Under the pieces are notes generated by a model. It saw only the letters and a program-made list of their open reading frames with translations. It was not told the origin of the DNA and searched no databases. The position numbers and the translations under genes were made by a program. From positions 434,001 through 498,000 of the forward strand of contig QPGO01000048.1 of assembly GCA_008632985.1 (NCBI GenBank): a DNA stretch of 64,000 nucleotides. Direction: 5' to 3'. This stretch comes from Psammoneis japonica. Taxonomy: Eukaryota. Positions 36,129 through 49,654 of the stretch are shown in pieces (position 1 is the first letter of the stretch; each line of letters starts with the position of its first letter).

Positions 36129-36689
36129 AAGTAAGAAGTAAATGCCTATGCCTTTTCTAAAACCTTTTTAAAATGGCATCAGTTCATTTTTAAAAAGCTG
36201 CTGTAGCCTTAGTGTGGTAATCCACAACACAAAGCTACTTAGTAGCACCCTGGCTCAAGCTTTAAGTTAGTCTCTACTCTCTCTGGGCCTACTACCGGTA
36301 GTCTAAAAGCACAGATAATAATGGATGGGGGATTCAAATAATGTAGGCCCTACTACCGGTAACTGTAGTCTTTCTGTTTGTTGGATTGTCAGTGTGCGGC
36401 TTGTGTGTGTGCGGAACATTCGCGAACTGACCGGAACGACGTCATCATCATGATCTTCTGATCCTTTAGAAAATATTTAGCATACGATTACGAATAATTC
36501 GGTAATACAAAATGCGAAGCCCAGCCATATGATGTATTTACCGGTATCTTTCAATGCGAACACTTGCGCGGGCTTCACAACATCAAGACGCCACGACGAA
36601 GTCACACTGCCTCATCCCCCCATCACCGCACAAAAAACAGAAGGACCGATCGAAACAGGATCGAAACGCTAAACACACTAAGAAAGAGA

Positions 36690-38461
36690 ATGATGGCTGT
36701 TGCCCACGAGAAGGTTCACAGGATGACAAGTGAAGACGATCTATGGAAGGATGCTTTTGAGAAAGAGGTCAACGGCGGTGGATGCATTGTGCAGATGACG
36801 GGACTTCATTCGTCCGATCACACCGTCTTTGCTCGTGTCGCGACCGGCTCTGAGGTGACGATTGGGACCGTCGTGGAAAGTATGGTGGAAGAAGGCTGGA
36901 GAAATGTAGCCAGAGATATTCTAGAAAAGAAACAGCATATTGAAACGAACGGCACGTATCCTTCAGCGACTCAGTTGCTGGAACTTGGATCCGTATGGCT
37001 TTGCAACGAAACGTAAGTTTGTCGGAACTTTGGAGCAGGCATCGTTGAGTTCTGACGGGGTTTAATCTTGTACTTACGCATAGTTTTATTTCTTGATTTG
37101 TTCCTCAACTCTAGTCTTTGGAAACAGCACAAAGGGGCGCATGGTGTGTTTGTCTGTTCTTTTTCTCTGTTCGTCCTACCTACTACGGGATTTCAGCTCA
37201 CCCATCCTTTCTTACGTTCGTCATCAACGGCTTAGCCCATCGAGTCGCACCCAGTGTACGTTCTATTTTTGTTTTACTTGTATCCTGTATTATCTGTCAA
37301 GTATCTAGCTTCTTTTCTAACTCACTCACCACTATCTTTTTTTTTTTCGACGATCGCAGGAGGAGTCCATGGTTCCCAACTGGGAGGATATGACATTGCG
37401 CGTGCACTTTGTTCCCGATCGTTTCCACGCCGCTAACGAATTCGATTTTGGGAAATACTGCCGTGGATTGTTAGTTGACAAGACGATCGAAGTTCAAATC
37501 GGGGACGAAGTGCCACACGTGCCGGTTATTGAGGGTCTCCCGGACACCAAGGACGGCGTGATTGTTTATGAGGACGATAAACTTGGTTTTGCGGTAATCA
37601 ACAAACCGGGAAACGTTCCGGTGCACGCAACCGCAGTAATCACAGGGAAGATGCGGTTTCAATGTTCACATATTCGCTGAACGAGGAGCGTAACAAGGGA
37701 CGCAAGTTTCATGTGTCCGTACCTCAACGTCACGACGCCAACCTGGATATGGAATGCCAGGGGTTGCTGACGGTGTCAACATCGCACGAGTTCACGGCAT
37801 ACATGATGAAGCAACTTGACCAAAATACCATGACGAGAAAGTTCAAGTGTCTTGTCTGCGTTACCGACCCAGAAAGAATGGGCCTCTTGGAACATTTTCA
37901 GAAGTCGGGGAAACTAGTGACTCACTATTTTGACCACACTGCTCCTGCACCCATCAAATTCTATCGCAACAAGCCAAACCATCCAAGTCGTGGTGACTGG
38001 CAAGAGTGCAAGCTACGCATTACCAAAGTTGGTGACGAGAAATTCCGGGCTGCTTGTGTAAAGTCAGTCTACAAAGACTCGATTGACTGCAGTCTTGCAC
38101 ACCGGCTTTGGGGTCCTGATTCTGACACCCCTGCGGAGGATCTTGGTGTCGAGTACGTCATGGAGTTAGAATTAGAACTCATCACGTCGAGGAAACAGCA
38201 GATCAGAGGCCAACTGGCCGCGTTGGGCTTCCCGTTGGTGGGCGACACGATCTACGGCGGTGGGCATGTGAATTTCATTCGCACAAACATAAGTGGAATC
38301 GTGTGGCGATTGCATGCTCTGAAGTATCCTTCTTCGAGCCGATGAAGGAGGAGGACGAGTTGGTCCCTTCCGAGCGCAGATGCGTCTTCCGCCTCAAGAA
38401 AGCATGGTGGACTGAATACTTGCAGCAGTACGAGATGTATCACACAGCTTCAACTAATTAA
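36690..38461 (+). CDS. RluA-family pseudouridine synthase-like protein (introns and apparent frameshifts)
   Basis: IVYED..AVINKPGNVPVH, QRHDANLDMECQGLL, LELITSRKQQIRGQLAALGFPLVGDTIYG. Confidence 0.78.
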
Positions 38462-38707
38462 AAACGAAAGAAAAAATTGGATCAAGATATCTGCGAGGGA
38501 AGACAAGGGACAAGTGCATCTAATGGACGCAAGAGCACAGCTTATCTACATAACTATTTATTATCATCATTGTATTGCTAGATGTGGTTCTTGAAGTACT
38601 GAATGGTAGCAACTAGAGTTTGCAACATCTGAATGCAGGGAGCGGTGCGACTTTTTTGTATCACAAGGCATTCAGCAATGACAAAAATGCAAAGCGTAGG
38701 AAACGTA

Positions 38708-41460
38708 TTAGGGAGCTCCTTCTGATCCCTGCACTCGCCCAAGTTCCCTCGTATTGTAAGAACCACAGCAAGGGCACTTAAATCCGACAAAATGATATTG
38801 TACCTCGCCTGTATTGCCGCAGTCCTGGCAATAGATGGTACTCATTGTTTTCGAGTATGCCGCGGGCATTGGCTGCATGCGAACGGCGGAATCAAGAAGG
38901 CTGAAGTAGTCATTCATGTCTTCAACGCTCTTCTTACATAGCGGGCAAGTGTATGAATGCCCACGTTTGTACATGCTGAAGCATGACAGATGCATTGCGT
39001 GTCCACACTTCAACCCACGAAGAGGCTCCGTCGACTCAAACATGCTTTCGTGACAGATCGGGCAAGAGGCCTGTAAGCGTTGTGGAATACAGTGGTGCTT
39101 ATCTTCTGCGAGAGAAACGCATGCGTTGCAGCGCATACAGTGGCGGTAGTCGATTCCGAGGCCGAGGCCTTGCCTACAGGTATTGCAAAAGGGACAATGG
39201 CTACCAAGTCGAAGCAAGATCGTGAGCAGCAAACAAACGGGATATGACAAGTTGTAACCAAAGTGGTGCACTCACTATATGTTCTTGTTCGGATCATCGT
39301 CGTAGAGATTGCATAGCCGGCATGTGTACTTGGAGAAGGGTTTTCCTCGGGACTCACACATCGTGTTGACGCAGTGCTCACCGGCGGGTTGCAACGCTCC
39401 ACATCGCATACAGAGGATTTCCGTCACGGCATATCGATCCAGCGGCGAATCGTGATCCTTCATTGGCATCTCGCGCTCTTGCTCGCAGCAAAGTCGACAC
39501 GTATATAGCCTGCCTGATGAAGGATGCCGCAACTTGCCTTTGATTCATAGAGCAAGACTTTGGTGAGCTTCGTGTCTACGAGCCGACCGTGAGAAAAGAA
39601 AAATCACGCGGTCATTATTGTACTTACAAGCTCTGGCATAGTGAGGACAGCCAAGGACAGCTCCTGTTGCCCCATCATGGTACGTAGGAGCCAATTCAGA
39701 AGCAGAAAAAAGAGGGATAGACCCATGCTGGGGTGGGAAGGTTGAATGGGGAGAATCGCTAGCATATGGCACCGACGCAACAACCACAACACATTTAGAT
39801 TCAAGAGAAAAGAAAAACAACGAATCAAAACCGGAATCGTCTGTGCATAGTTCAACTCACCTGCTCCATACAAGCTCTACTTTTCCTTCGCGATTCTTTT
39901 TGTAGTAAAGCGGAGGAGGAGTCACCCTCCTTAACCGTGTAGCTTTGGCCGCCGATAATCGAGCCCCATGTGTATTCCTACGTGGTAAAAGGGAGCAAAT
40001 CGACGAGGTGAAAGGCAAGGATGTCAAATTGATGGCAACGCTCACAAGAAAACCACTTACACTGTCGGTGCAGGAATTGAATTCATTCCTTCGTAGAAAT
40101 GGCCAATCTGCTGCGGCGTTTGCGGAGCAATCGCAGTTGCTACAGCCGTGCCAGTGTGAAAACAAGAGCGCATCTTACATTTGAGATTGCTCTTAAAGAC
40201 AGAATCTCTAAGACCCTGAATAGTTGTGTTCTTTTGAATAGGCGTAAGCTCGTGGTTTGACGCTATAGCCCGAATGAGTTTTTCCAATTCGGCTTGGCTG
40301 GTAGTGTCGGCAGACTGGACAGCATCACTGTCTTCTGCCACAGGCGACGCACATTCCTGGCAAACAGTTTGTACCGCAGCGACCTTTTCAGATTCTTCAT
40401 TGCTACCCTCTGACTTCAGCCTCTTGACGTTTGATGACGATGGTTCCTGGTTAACACACAATGAGAAAGTTCTCTTCTTTTCGTCAGATTGACTGATTTC
40501 TTCTTGAGTTTTTCCATTCTTCGCTGCATCCTTTTCGGTTCCTTCTTCGTCTCTCTTAAAAAGTTTCGCGGCGGCAGACTTCTTTGCGTCATCTGGAGTT
40601 GCAGATGCTCGTGTCTCGGACGCTTGTTGTGTCCACCCACCCATGGATAACCATGTTTCAAAGAAAGTCCCTACCATTGCTTGTTTCATGTAGTGCACCA
40701 TTTCGTCCCGTTCAGCTTCATCAAGATTCTGTACTGCCATGTTCAATATATTTGAAATCGTGTCACACGATCGCTTGCCCATAATTCGTCCCACTAATTC
40801 ATTGATTTCTGAACTGGTAAGATGTTTGGCAACAAGAGGCATACACTGCGTCTCCTCCTTCTCCAAATGGTTCAAGAGGTGCTTTGAAAGTTCGCGAGTA
40901 AGATCAACGACAGCTGAAGCAACTTGAGAAACCGAATCCTCGTTGTTCGAGATAACTCTATGTTGGTTGGATAACCCTTTTCTGAGTTTGCTCAAAAGCT
41001 CATCCATATTGCGAAACATCCTCTCTTCGTCGGCGTGATCTTCTTCGTATTCTTCTTGTTCAATAACAACAGGTCTGTTCTTGCCTCTATGTTCCAACGG
41101 TGGTGCCTGCTGTGGTCCGGTCTTGGACCGAAGAGCCGGCCAGATGAATTCATCTTCAGCCGCCGAGTGAGATCGAAAGACGCTCCAAATGACCTGAAAT
41201 CGCCCCGCCACTCTTCTCTCAAGATCTGCGATTCGCGAATCTCCACCGCTTCCGTCAAGTACCGATTTGTTCAAATCTGAAACATCTCGCTGCAGAGCTC
41301 GAATTGCGCCTCGTAAACAATCGTGCAAATGGATGATCTCCACTAAAGCACAATCACCAAACATTTCTTTTCGTCGTTGTGCTTTGGCCGCAGCTTCTCC
41401 GCTTGCGTCAGCAGCCGCAAGAGACATCATGGTGCGTGCTTGAACTTTGCGGTTGTTCAT
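38708..41460 (-). CDS. BRUTUS/HRZ-like E3 ligase: hemerythrin + CHY zinc finger + RING + zinc ribbon
   Basis: Hemerythrin motifs HLHDCLR, HSAAEDEFIWPAL, EEDHADEE, HLEKEE. CHY: LGCPHYARACK, YTCRLCC, YTCRLCNLYD. RING: CPICHE..CGHAMHLSC..YTCPLC. C-terminal CQDC..YHFVGFKCPCCGSYNT. Several introns. Confidence 0.9.
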
Positions 41461-41768
41461 TGTGGTTGTGGAGTCGTCGGGAGTCGGGGTGTGAGTATTT
41501 TCATTTGGTTTTTCGCTTTTTCCCGCAATTTTGTTCGATCGGCGTCTGCTCGCTTGCCCTGCAAGACACGCACTAGCGCACGCACTGCCACGGGATTGCA
41601 CGCCGCAGCCACGAACTCCCCACGCCGCACTCCCGCATGAAGCAGACAAACGGACAAGACTCGGCGCGCCATTTTTTTTTCGGCTCGACGACCGACGACC
41701 GACGACCGACGACGACGACGGCTGACTTTTCTTTTGAGAGCGACAGGAGAGCGAGAGTACTGTAGTCT

Positions 41769-42740
41769 ATGATAGTTCAAAGTGGTGAGACGACTGTACT
41801 GCGAACTGCGACTCACTCTTATTTTGCGTGTTGTGACGAGAGGAAAGTAACGAGCAGCATCATAGAGAAAAATAGTGCGATGTGCATCGCTGGCAAAATA
41901 GAGCAAAAAAAGGAAATGCCAAAGTCCGCTGCTGCAGGTCGCGACACAACAAAGATTGAGCTCAAGAACAATCCGAGAGAGATTGTACCGCAGGCGAGAG
42001 CCACGAAGAGCAAAACGGGGCAGGTTCAGTGCTGGGCGCATTCGCGACAAGGCGTTCGATGCACGGCAAAAGTCACCAGTCGCGAAGGAGAGCCGATTCC
42101 AATCCCTTATTGCGCCCGTCATTTAAAATCCGGTGATGGAGCACTCAAAGTTACGTATCATCCCATAGCGGGCAAGTGCTTGGTTGCTCGGTACGACTTG
42201 CCGGCCAAGTACCGTATCGCCTTTTGGGGGGAGAGAGGTAGGTGTCCGACGAGTGATAAGGAGGATCGATCGATTTCTTTTTACCCTCCCAATCCCGAAA
42301 CCGGGTCGAATCGACTTCCCAAGAGCCGAAACTTCAAAACGGATAATTACAACGGGGTGTTGAATCCAAAAGATACGGGAGATGTTGTCCAGTATGCGGC
42401 GTGTCCAGGACCGAATGAGCGACAAAATATGAGGTGAGATCAGTCGAAATGATTCCTTCTGCATTTGTCTTTGTGAAGAAGGTAAGATTCTCTAACATTG
42501 GCGCGGCTTTGTGGCGATTTGTCTGATTGTGATCCAAGATCTACCTTTCAGTATTGGGGAAAGCGACACGGCGAATTTGGAGGATTAGAGTTCATCACCT
42601 TGGAAAGAATTCCAAAGAATCATCAGCTCTGCCATTGGTACGGATCAGGATGGTGGGAAGCGAGGGACGTGAAAAGAATTGATGTCGGAACCACCAAACA
42701 CCCGGCGCCGAGGAGAAATGGTTGTACGGAGCAAAAGTAG
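41769..42740 (+). CDS. SET-domain-like protein (start uncertain)
   Basis: GKCLVARYDLP..IAFWG, QYAACPG..QN, LEFITLERIPKNHQLCHWYG..WW resemble SET strands; intron about 42434-42538. Confidence 0.55.
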
Positions 42741-43090
42741 CCCTCTCCAATACGGCTGACTGTAGTATCTTAGAGGAACTCTCGCGATTTCGTTGCAAAA
42801 AACTGTAGCTAGCTTGCGAGAGTAGAGGATCATTGTATCATGTTCTAGAAACAACAGAGTAGCAAGGTTGGTCTTGATTGATAGCCATAGCTTCTTTGCA
42901 CAGCTACGAGATGGAACAATGTGGTGAATAAAGTAGTAAAATATCTCTACCAGCATACTTCTAGAATTACTTTTCAACGAATCATTGGTTTCAAAGGCAA
43001 TTTGACACTCTCTAGATATCTTCTGCTCTGCCAAAGTTTAGTTTATGCTAGACACAGAGTAAAGACGGTTTGGTGGGTAGGTAGGTACGG

Positions 43091-43124
43091 CTCTCTCTCT
43101 CTCTCTCTCTCTAGCTAGAGAGAG
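43091..43124. repeat. (CT)n microsatellite running into ctagctag(ag)n
   Basis: ctctctctctctctctctctctagctagagagag. Confidence 0.85.
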
Positions 43125-43787
43125 TACTTCTACTAGAGGATAGACTCCACGACGCCTCCTGTATCGATCGAATCGACGACGCGACAGCACACATACAGTA
43201 CAGCACATACAGACAGACAGTGACTTTTCGGCAAAGCGAAGCGCAGCACAATCCTCCAATCGCAATAGGATCAAGCGAAATCGGCCCAGTCATCCTGGCA
43301 GCTAAAAATATTTTAACTATGGCAAAGACTGATGTTTTCTTGGATGGGTCTGACGAAGAATTCGGCAATGGTGAGTTGGTCATCGAATTGTTGTTAAGTA
43401 ATTTGGCGCCAAAACACGACGACGGATGTTTCGTGTCGAGTCTCGGACTGACGCCACCCACGTCATCCTTGTCATTATCAATCTCTACGAGGTTTCTGCG
43501 TAAGAATCCTACGGGACAATCACCTTGAAGCAGGCGCAAAAGAAGATCTTTATCATGCGAACCCTTTGTTAATTAAACTTTTCGAAAATTCACGTGCGTT
43601 CGCATGTGCCTTCTGTTCCCACCTGGTTGATATCACTGCCTTCGCACTGTTGAAGGCGCCACTGCTCATGATACCAGAAGGAACGCGGCAAGTGACATGG
43701 CTGTGACACCACATCACTGGTACATTTTGATCGTAGTTCTGCCACAGCGTTGATCACTTTGGTGGTTCCGTATTTGCAAGGGGAACC

Positions 43788-44882
43788 ATGGACGGGAACG
43801 GTTCCGCCGACCTGCGTTGCGTCTCCCAGGTCGGTCCTCAACACGAGAGAGATGTCAGTGTTCAAAACAGCAGCGAGAACGAGCTGGCTGCCATGATTGA
43901 AACTGAGGCCACCATGTTCGCGAGCAAGGAATTCGGCTCTTTGCGAACCGCGAAGCACCCCTCAAATGTTGTGTGGCGTGAGAAGGTTTGCCAGTGGTGC
44001 TACGACGTTGTTGATCACCTAGACGTTTCGAGAGACGTTGTTTACGTCGCCATGAACATCCTGGACAGATTCTACGCGCTGGAGGCTTGCTCTCAACTCG
44101 CAAGAAACGAGAAGGTATACGAGCTAGCAGCAATGACAGGCCTTTTTCTTGCGATTCGGCTTTCTGGAAAGGCCCGTGTCGCAGCTTGTGACATGACGAG
44201 AATGAGTCGCAGAGGTATTCATGCGCAGGACCTGCTCAAGATGGGAAAATCTATGCTGGAAAAACTTCGTTGGGACCACCGCCTGTCGACTCCTTCCAGT
44301 TTCGTCGACGCCTTCGTGGCTTTGCTCACACCTTCGGTTGGGGAGATCGCCAAGCGAGCAGTTCTAGATACTGCGTGCTACCTTGTTGAAGTATCAGTGT
44401 GCGACTCCTTCTTTTCAGGTATTCCAGCTTCACAAGTGGCTTATGCCGCTGTCGTCAACGCAGCAAGCACCCGACTTCGCGACCAACAGCGCCAAGACTT
44501 GCACAACGCAATCCATGCCATGACTGGTATTCAAGGCGATGCCTCTGAGATTCGAGCATTGCGTTCTAGACTTCTACACATTTACTCACAGAGCGAAGCC
44601 GGCAACACACCTGTCGCCCATGTCATTCCAGAAGCCGAAACAGAAGAGAACATCCCTACGCTTTCCAAGCCGGTGCCCAGGAGATGCGTGTCGGACAATG
44701 ACTTGCCGTTGGCCTTTGCGCCAGCTATCAAGAGCGAGTCGTTGGCTTCTCAAGCCATATGCGAGTCCTGTCTATCGCCATTGACGGACTGCCATGACAC
44801 TGCCCCCAACAAACGACCCGTTTCGCCTCCGCCCAATCCAGGGGAAGATCCAATCATCAACAAGAGGGCACGAACTTGTTAA
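43788..44882 (+). CDS. Cyclin, diatom-specific (dsCYC) type
   Basis: WREKVCQWCYDVVDH..VYVAMNILDRF, YELAAMTGLFLAIRL, L.W..TP..FV cyclin box. Confidence 0.9.
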   Translation: MDGNGSADLRCVSQVGPQHERDVSVQNSSENELAAMIETEATMFASKEFGSLRTAKHPSNVVWREKVCQWCYDVVDHLDVSRDVVYVAMNILDRFYALEACSQLARNEKVYELAAMTGLFLAIRLSGKARVAACDMTRMSRRGIHAQDLLKMGKSMLEKLRWDHRLSTPSSFVDAFVALLTPSVGEIAKRAVLDTACYLVEVSVCDSFFSGIPASQVAYAAVVNAASTRLRDQQRQDLHNAIHAMTGIQGDASEIRALRSRLLHIYSQSEAGNTPVAHVIPEAETEENIPTLSKPVPRRCVSDNDLPLAFAPAIKSESLASQAICESCLSPLTDCHDTAPNKRPVSPPPNPGEDPIINKRARTC

Positions 44883-45286
44883 GAACCATCACACCAGCCC
44901 AGCCATTGTTTATATCACAGCGACCAAGCTTCTGTGTTCACGACGAACACCTACAAGGCTGAATTCATATTCATACACCAGGTAATCGTACCCGGCCTTC
45001 ACTCACCATATCAGGAGTCACGCATCACACCAAACTACTCGCTCCACAAGAAGTAGTGAGAAATAATAGAGACCACTCAAAGGATGACCCGTTATGCCGT
45101 CTGTGAGATTCACGAACCAACCATGCGCTAACAATAGAGACACCGCGGAAATGGCATACTCGTACAACCAAACCTGTAACCGCTGTAAATAACGAAGTGT
45201 TACAGTACAAACGATATTCTATAATGTACCTAGCAGTACGCGAAAATGACTTGGGTAGTGTTCCTTCCTAATGTTGTTACTAAAGC

Positions 45287-46917
45287 CTACTTCAAGGTTG
45301 GCAGAGCTAAATCGTCATGTGATTGCTCTGTCGCGACCACCGCAGGTTCGCCTGATTGCGCGGGACTTCTCCAGGATTCAATGGACTTCACAGCCGGACT
45401 CCGCTTCAGCTTCTCGAATACAGAGCCGCGACCGAGACGTTTCCAATCAAAAGATTCCGTTGCACTATCGTTTTCGATCAATTCCTCCGTTTGGGAATTG
45501 GAAGAAGAGGAGGTCTCATCATCTGACCGGGAACGGAACTTGTCCGTCGAGGAGTCTGTCATCATGCTATTGAAAGCAGCACCAATGTTCTCGACATTCT
45601 CTAGAAGCGATCTACGCGATCCTTCATTTCACTGCTCGTATCACTGGAGTCACCTCGTAATTCAGGCGAGAACCGTCCCAGGAAGCCCTTGCTTGAGTCG
45701 CCTTTCCTAGAGCTTGCCTGTTTCCCTTTGCTCTTGTTGAGTTCAGTGTACAGTTTTGAGGAGTTTTTTCGAAGTCGAGTGATCTCTGCTTCCAACTGAG
45801 GTACCTTCTTCTCCGTCTCCTCCATATTCATCAATTTCTCTTCACACTCTGTCAAGAGTACTTTGGTCTCGACTAGTTGGTCGTTCAACTTTGCGTTGGT
45901 CACTTCACAGATTTCATTCTCGAGAATGACCTTTAGATATTCTGTTGTACGAGTTGATGCACCAGGATATGCCATAAGTGCACGACGTCTCGTCCATTTG
46001 CGTCGACGCACCTTTCGTCGATACACAGATGATGATTCGCCAGTCTCACCAGCAGAATCCCAACATAATTCCGTTGGATTGGTTTGAAAGTGCCTTGGAT
46101 CTTCAGCGTACGACCAACCATTCTCGTCACAATCAATCTTGCTTTTCGGAGAACCACCAAGGTTTGGGTCGACAACTGCTCGCTTGTCAATCCTCCAGCC
46201 GCCAATCCATTGCCAAGTACCAGAGTCCTTGGGCAACGGAAATCCATCATTAACGTTGAAGACTCGCGTTGCCGCAGCGTCCGTCATGACGCATTGTTTT
46301 GGAGGCGCTTCCCCACCGAATATGCGTCGAGAAAAGTTTCGTCCATTCAAATCATTTGATGCCATACTCTCATCCATTGTATGGCCCGGAGTAGGCTTTG
46401 TGATTGGCATGGTTCTGAAGAAAGGTGGGAACTGTCGCAACTGACTAGTCCACCTCGAACCTTTTACATCATAAATTTGCCACTCGTAGACCTCCTCGGT
46501 GGCAACAGCGTGTTGCCTCGCTCGTTGATCCCATGGCATAAGTTCAAGCAATCTGATGACGTGCATCGGTAACGACGCTGCGCTCGGAGATGGCTTTGAT
46601 GCAGCTGAAATTGCGTCGTTGTCGCTCGTCATAGCATCAACCAGCTTGACGAGTTCGTCTCGCTCTGTCTGCAACGCCAACAATTCACGTTTTTCAATTA
46701 GGCTCTGATTGTCTTTATCTAGAGAAGTCGTCTGACGGAGTTGCTCTTCTGTCAGTGACCTGACTTGCGCTTCGAGCTCTGCTCTTCTCGTTCTTTCGCG
46801 ATCGAGTTCTTGCAAAACATCATTCAATACTCCTTCTTCTTGGTGTTGCTGAGAAGGAGTTGTCAGTGTCCCCACTACTACTGGTACATTCTGACTGTCG
46901 TCATTCGGGTTATCCAT
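45287..46917 (-). CDS. Coiled-coil protein with DysF (dysferlin/Pex23-type) domain; apparent frameshift near 45600
   Basis: EVYEWQ, WQWIGGWRID, DENGWSYA, VRRRKWTRRR. Downstream frame 45287-45565 looks coding. Confidence 0.75.
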
Positions 46918-47490
46918 CACAGTTCTAGCTTTCTTCTTGCCGCCAGTTCATCGGAGAGAGGTGATGTTGATGGTTTTGGTTGTGTCTTGTGTTGTTGCTG
47001 TAGTGTCCAAAACAACAATCCGTTTTCTTTTTTTTTCGTTGCTTTCCTTTTCTTGTTATGCCCCGAGTGACCTGGTTATGCCCCCCTGTTTTTCGTGCTC
47101 TGCTCGCGCGTGTAGTAGCATTCTACGTGACTTTGTACTGAGATTCCGACATTTATCAGTCGTGCCGCGATTTCTGAACACGAACTCGGAATAAGGAATA
47201 GGGAATGTCAAATAATGTGAGGTCATTGTGCTACGTCAGCAGCCACGTAGGTACGTAGAAATCATAATATGTACATGCCGGTACAGTACAGTAGGAGTAC
47301 GACCCACCAACACAAACACGCCCACACCGCACCCACAGCCCTGCCTTTGCGTCGTCTTGCGTGTTGATGAGTGACACAGGAAAGGAACTCGTCAACGAAT
47401 TCAGAATACATCAATCCACAATCCCCCTAACTAATACAGTAAAACAACAACAACCGCACAAAACGCAGTACTGAAGCGACCTTTCAAAAG

Positions 47491-49404
47491 ATGCAAAGGG
47501 AAAGTAGATACCGGACAAAGGAACATACAAGATGGATACGTCTTGCTTCGATAGCAAGCGCGATTGTCGCTTCGGGAGAGGGAACCGCCGCATTCCAGGC
47601 ATCAATCACAAGAAACAGCAAGAATACCGCCCAACCGAGTCGTCGTGCTGGGCAGGCACCTCTCTTTGTACTTTCACCACAGTCAAGTGAACAAGTACCT
47701 CCACTGTTTGAAATAGATAAAGAGAACCTTTTTCCAACCTCCAGCGAAGCTCTGGATGGTAATTCGTTTTATGACGTGGACTACGAAGATGATGCAGATT
47801 GGAATGATTTAAATTCCGATATTCTGCAAGACGTAGAAACGTCAGAATTGGAGGGATTTATTCGTGACGAGGACGAAATTTTGACAGAGAGAGAAGACCG
47901 TATGTTTGTAGACGAAGATGGTGTGAAACGAAAGGTTGAAAAATGTGTACTTGTTGGTGTTGAAGATTTAAGCGCGAAACGAAAATATCAAAAGCTAGAA
48001 AGAGCGTCCAATTCAGAGCAAGGCGACGAAGATGTGTATTTTTCTCTCGAGGAGAGTATGACGGAAATGAAAGAACTTATCAAGACGGCTGGTATGGAGT
48101 GCGTCGGCGAAATTACGCAGCGTCTCCAAGAAGTCAATCCGAAAACATATATTGGAACAGGAAAAGTAGCCGAGGCTAATGAGCTTTTGCATAAGCACGA
48201 TACATGCACGATTGTGTTTGATGCCGAACTTACGCCTGGTCAGCAAAAGGCGCTCGAAAATGCCTTCAACAAGAAAATCATTCAGAACGATTTTCTGGGA
48301 GCGGAGCAGGAGGGAGAGATCAAGGTTATCGATCGGACGGCCCTCATTCTTGACATTTTCGCGCAACACGCAAAGACTCGTGAGGGAAAGCTGCAAGTTG
48401 ATTTGGCATTGTGCGTCTATCGAAAGCCGAGACTCACCAGAATGTGGACGCATTTAGAGAGACAGAGTGGAGCAGGCGGTGTTGGATTACGCGGTCCCGG
48501 TGAATCGCAGCTGGAAATCGACAAACGTTTAGTACGCGATAGAATCATCACTCTCAAGCAGAAGATTGACGACGTCCAGAAACAGCGTGATTTGCATCGA
48601 AGAGGACGAACGCGTACTGGTTTACCAGTTCTTGCGTTAGTGGGGTACACAAACGCAGGAAAGAGTACTATGCTAAACTTTCTCACGAGAGCTGGTGTTA
48701 TGGCTGAAAGCATGCTGTTTGCAACCTTGGATCCTACAACGCGGAGGGTAAAACTACCTGGATTAAAGACGCACCCCGAGGTCATGCTGACAGATACTGT
48801 TGGCTTCATTCAAAAGTTACCTACACAGTTGGTGGCTGCTTTTCGTGCTACACTTGAGGAAGTACGAGAGGCTGATGTGTTGATTCATGTGATTGATGTG
48901 TCCAGTCCGTCCTGGAAAAAGCAGGAGAAGTCTGTAAGATCTGTGCTAGCTGAGATCGACGCGAGCGACAAACCAATCGTTCGTGTGCTGAACAAGATTG
49001 ATCTGCTGCCTCCAGAGGAAGCAGAGTTTTTAAAAGTTGAGGCTGCATTGACTAGTTCTTCTGTGGCAGTATCGTCGTTGCATGGAGATGGCATGCAAGA
49101 CTTTGTTGCCGTGGTGGAGGATGCCTTATCCGAGTTGTTGGTGCCAATCGAAATGGAGATCCCATATAGTAAAGGCGATGACGTCAATCTGATCCATGAA
49201 GTTGGAAACGTCGAAACGATTGATTATAGAGAGAGTGGCACGTATGTTGTTGGTCGCGTTCCTAAAGCAGTCGCGAATCGGTTGCAGTGTTACAGTGTAG
49301 GCGGTGGAGCGACTGAGTTGGAAGCGACTCCAAAAGATGAAGACGCCGTTGATTGGGTAGCGCTTGGACGAGGTCGCCATGGGTCCAAAGAAGCAGATGC
49401 ATAA
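47491..49404 (+). CDS. hflX: GTPase HflX, probably plastid-targeted
   Basis: [58 protein letters not shown]. Confidence 0.96.
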   Translation: MQRESRYRTKEHTRWIRLASIASAIVASGEGTAAFQASITRNSKNTAQPSRRAGQAPLFVLSPQSSEQVPPLFEIDKENLFPTSSEALDGNSFYDVDYEDDADWNDLNSDILQDVETSELEGFIRDEDEILTEREDRMFVDEDGVKRKVEKCVLVGVEDLSAKRKYQKLERASNSEQGDEDVYFSLEESMTEMKELIKTAGMECVGEITQRLQEVNPKTYIGTGKVAEANELLHKHDTCTIVFDAELTPGQQKALENAFNKKIIQNDFLGAEQEGEIKVIDRTALILDIFAQHAKTREGKLQVDLALCVYRKPRLTRMWTHLERQSGAGGVGLRGPGESQLEIDKRLVRDRIITLKQKIDDVQKQRDLHRRGRTRTGLPVLALVGYTNAGKSTMLNFLTRAGVMAESMLFATLDPTTRRVKLPGLKTHPEVMLTDTVGFIQKLPTQLVAAFRATLEEVREADVLIHVIDVSSPSWKKQEKSVRSVLAEIDASDKPIVRVLNKIDLLPPEEAEFLKVEAALTSSSVAVSSLHGDGMQDFVAVVEDALSELLVPIEMEIPYSKGDDVNLIHEVGNVETIDYRESGTYVVGRVPKAVANRLQCYSVGGGATELEATPKDEDAVDWVALGRGRHGSKEADA

Positions 49405-49654
49405 GCTAGAGTATGTTTTGAGTAGTTCTAAGCTAAATAGCGGATAGAAGTTGGGAACACTGCTCGTAACTCCATCCAAGCAAGGCAAGGATCGCTCGTT
49501 TCAAGAATACTGAAAAACAGGTGTTGAGCTCACATGACTAACTCTCGAGCGCCAACCACACAAATTTTGCCGAACGAAACCTAATTTTCTTCTCTACTGT
49601 ACATGAAACGAAGCGTAACTTGTCTGTAAAAAGAACGAGGTGAAAGGGCTGATC

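Noticed and set aside
18500..45620. Apparent single-base frameshifts in trmB (about 18530), the 26424 gene (about 26537), the RluA-like gene (about 37650, 38270) and the DysF gene (about 45600) as programmed frameshifting or pseudogenes
   Set aside because: They are scattered in otherwise intact genes with no slippery motifs, so assembly indel errors are more likely. Raw reads are needed.
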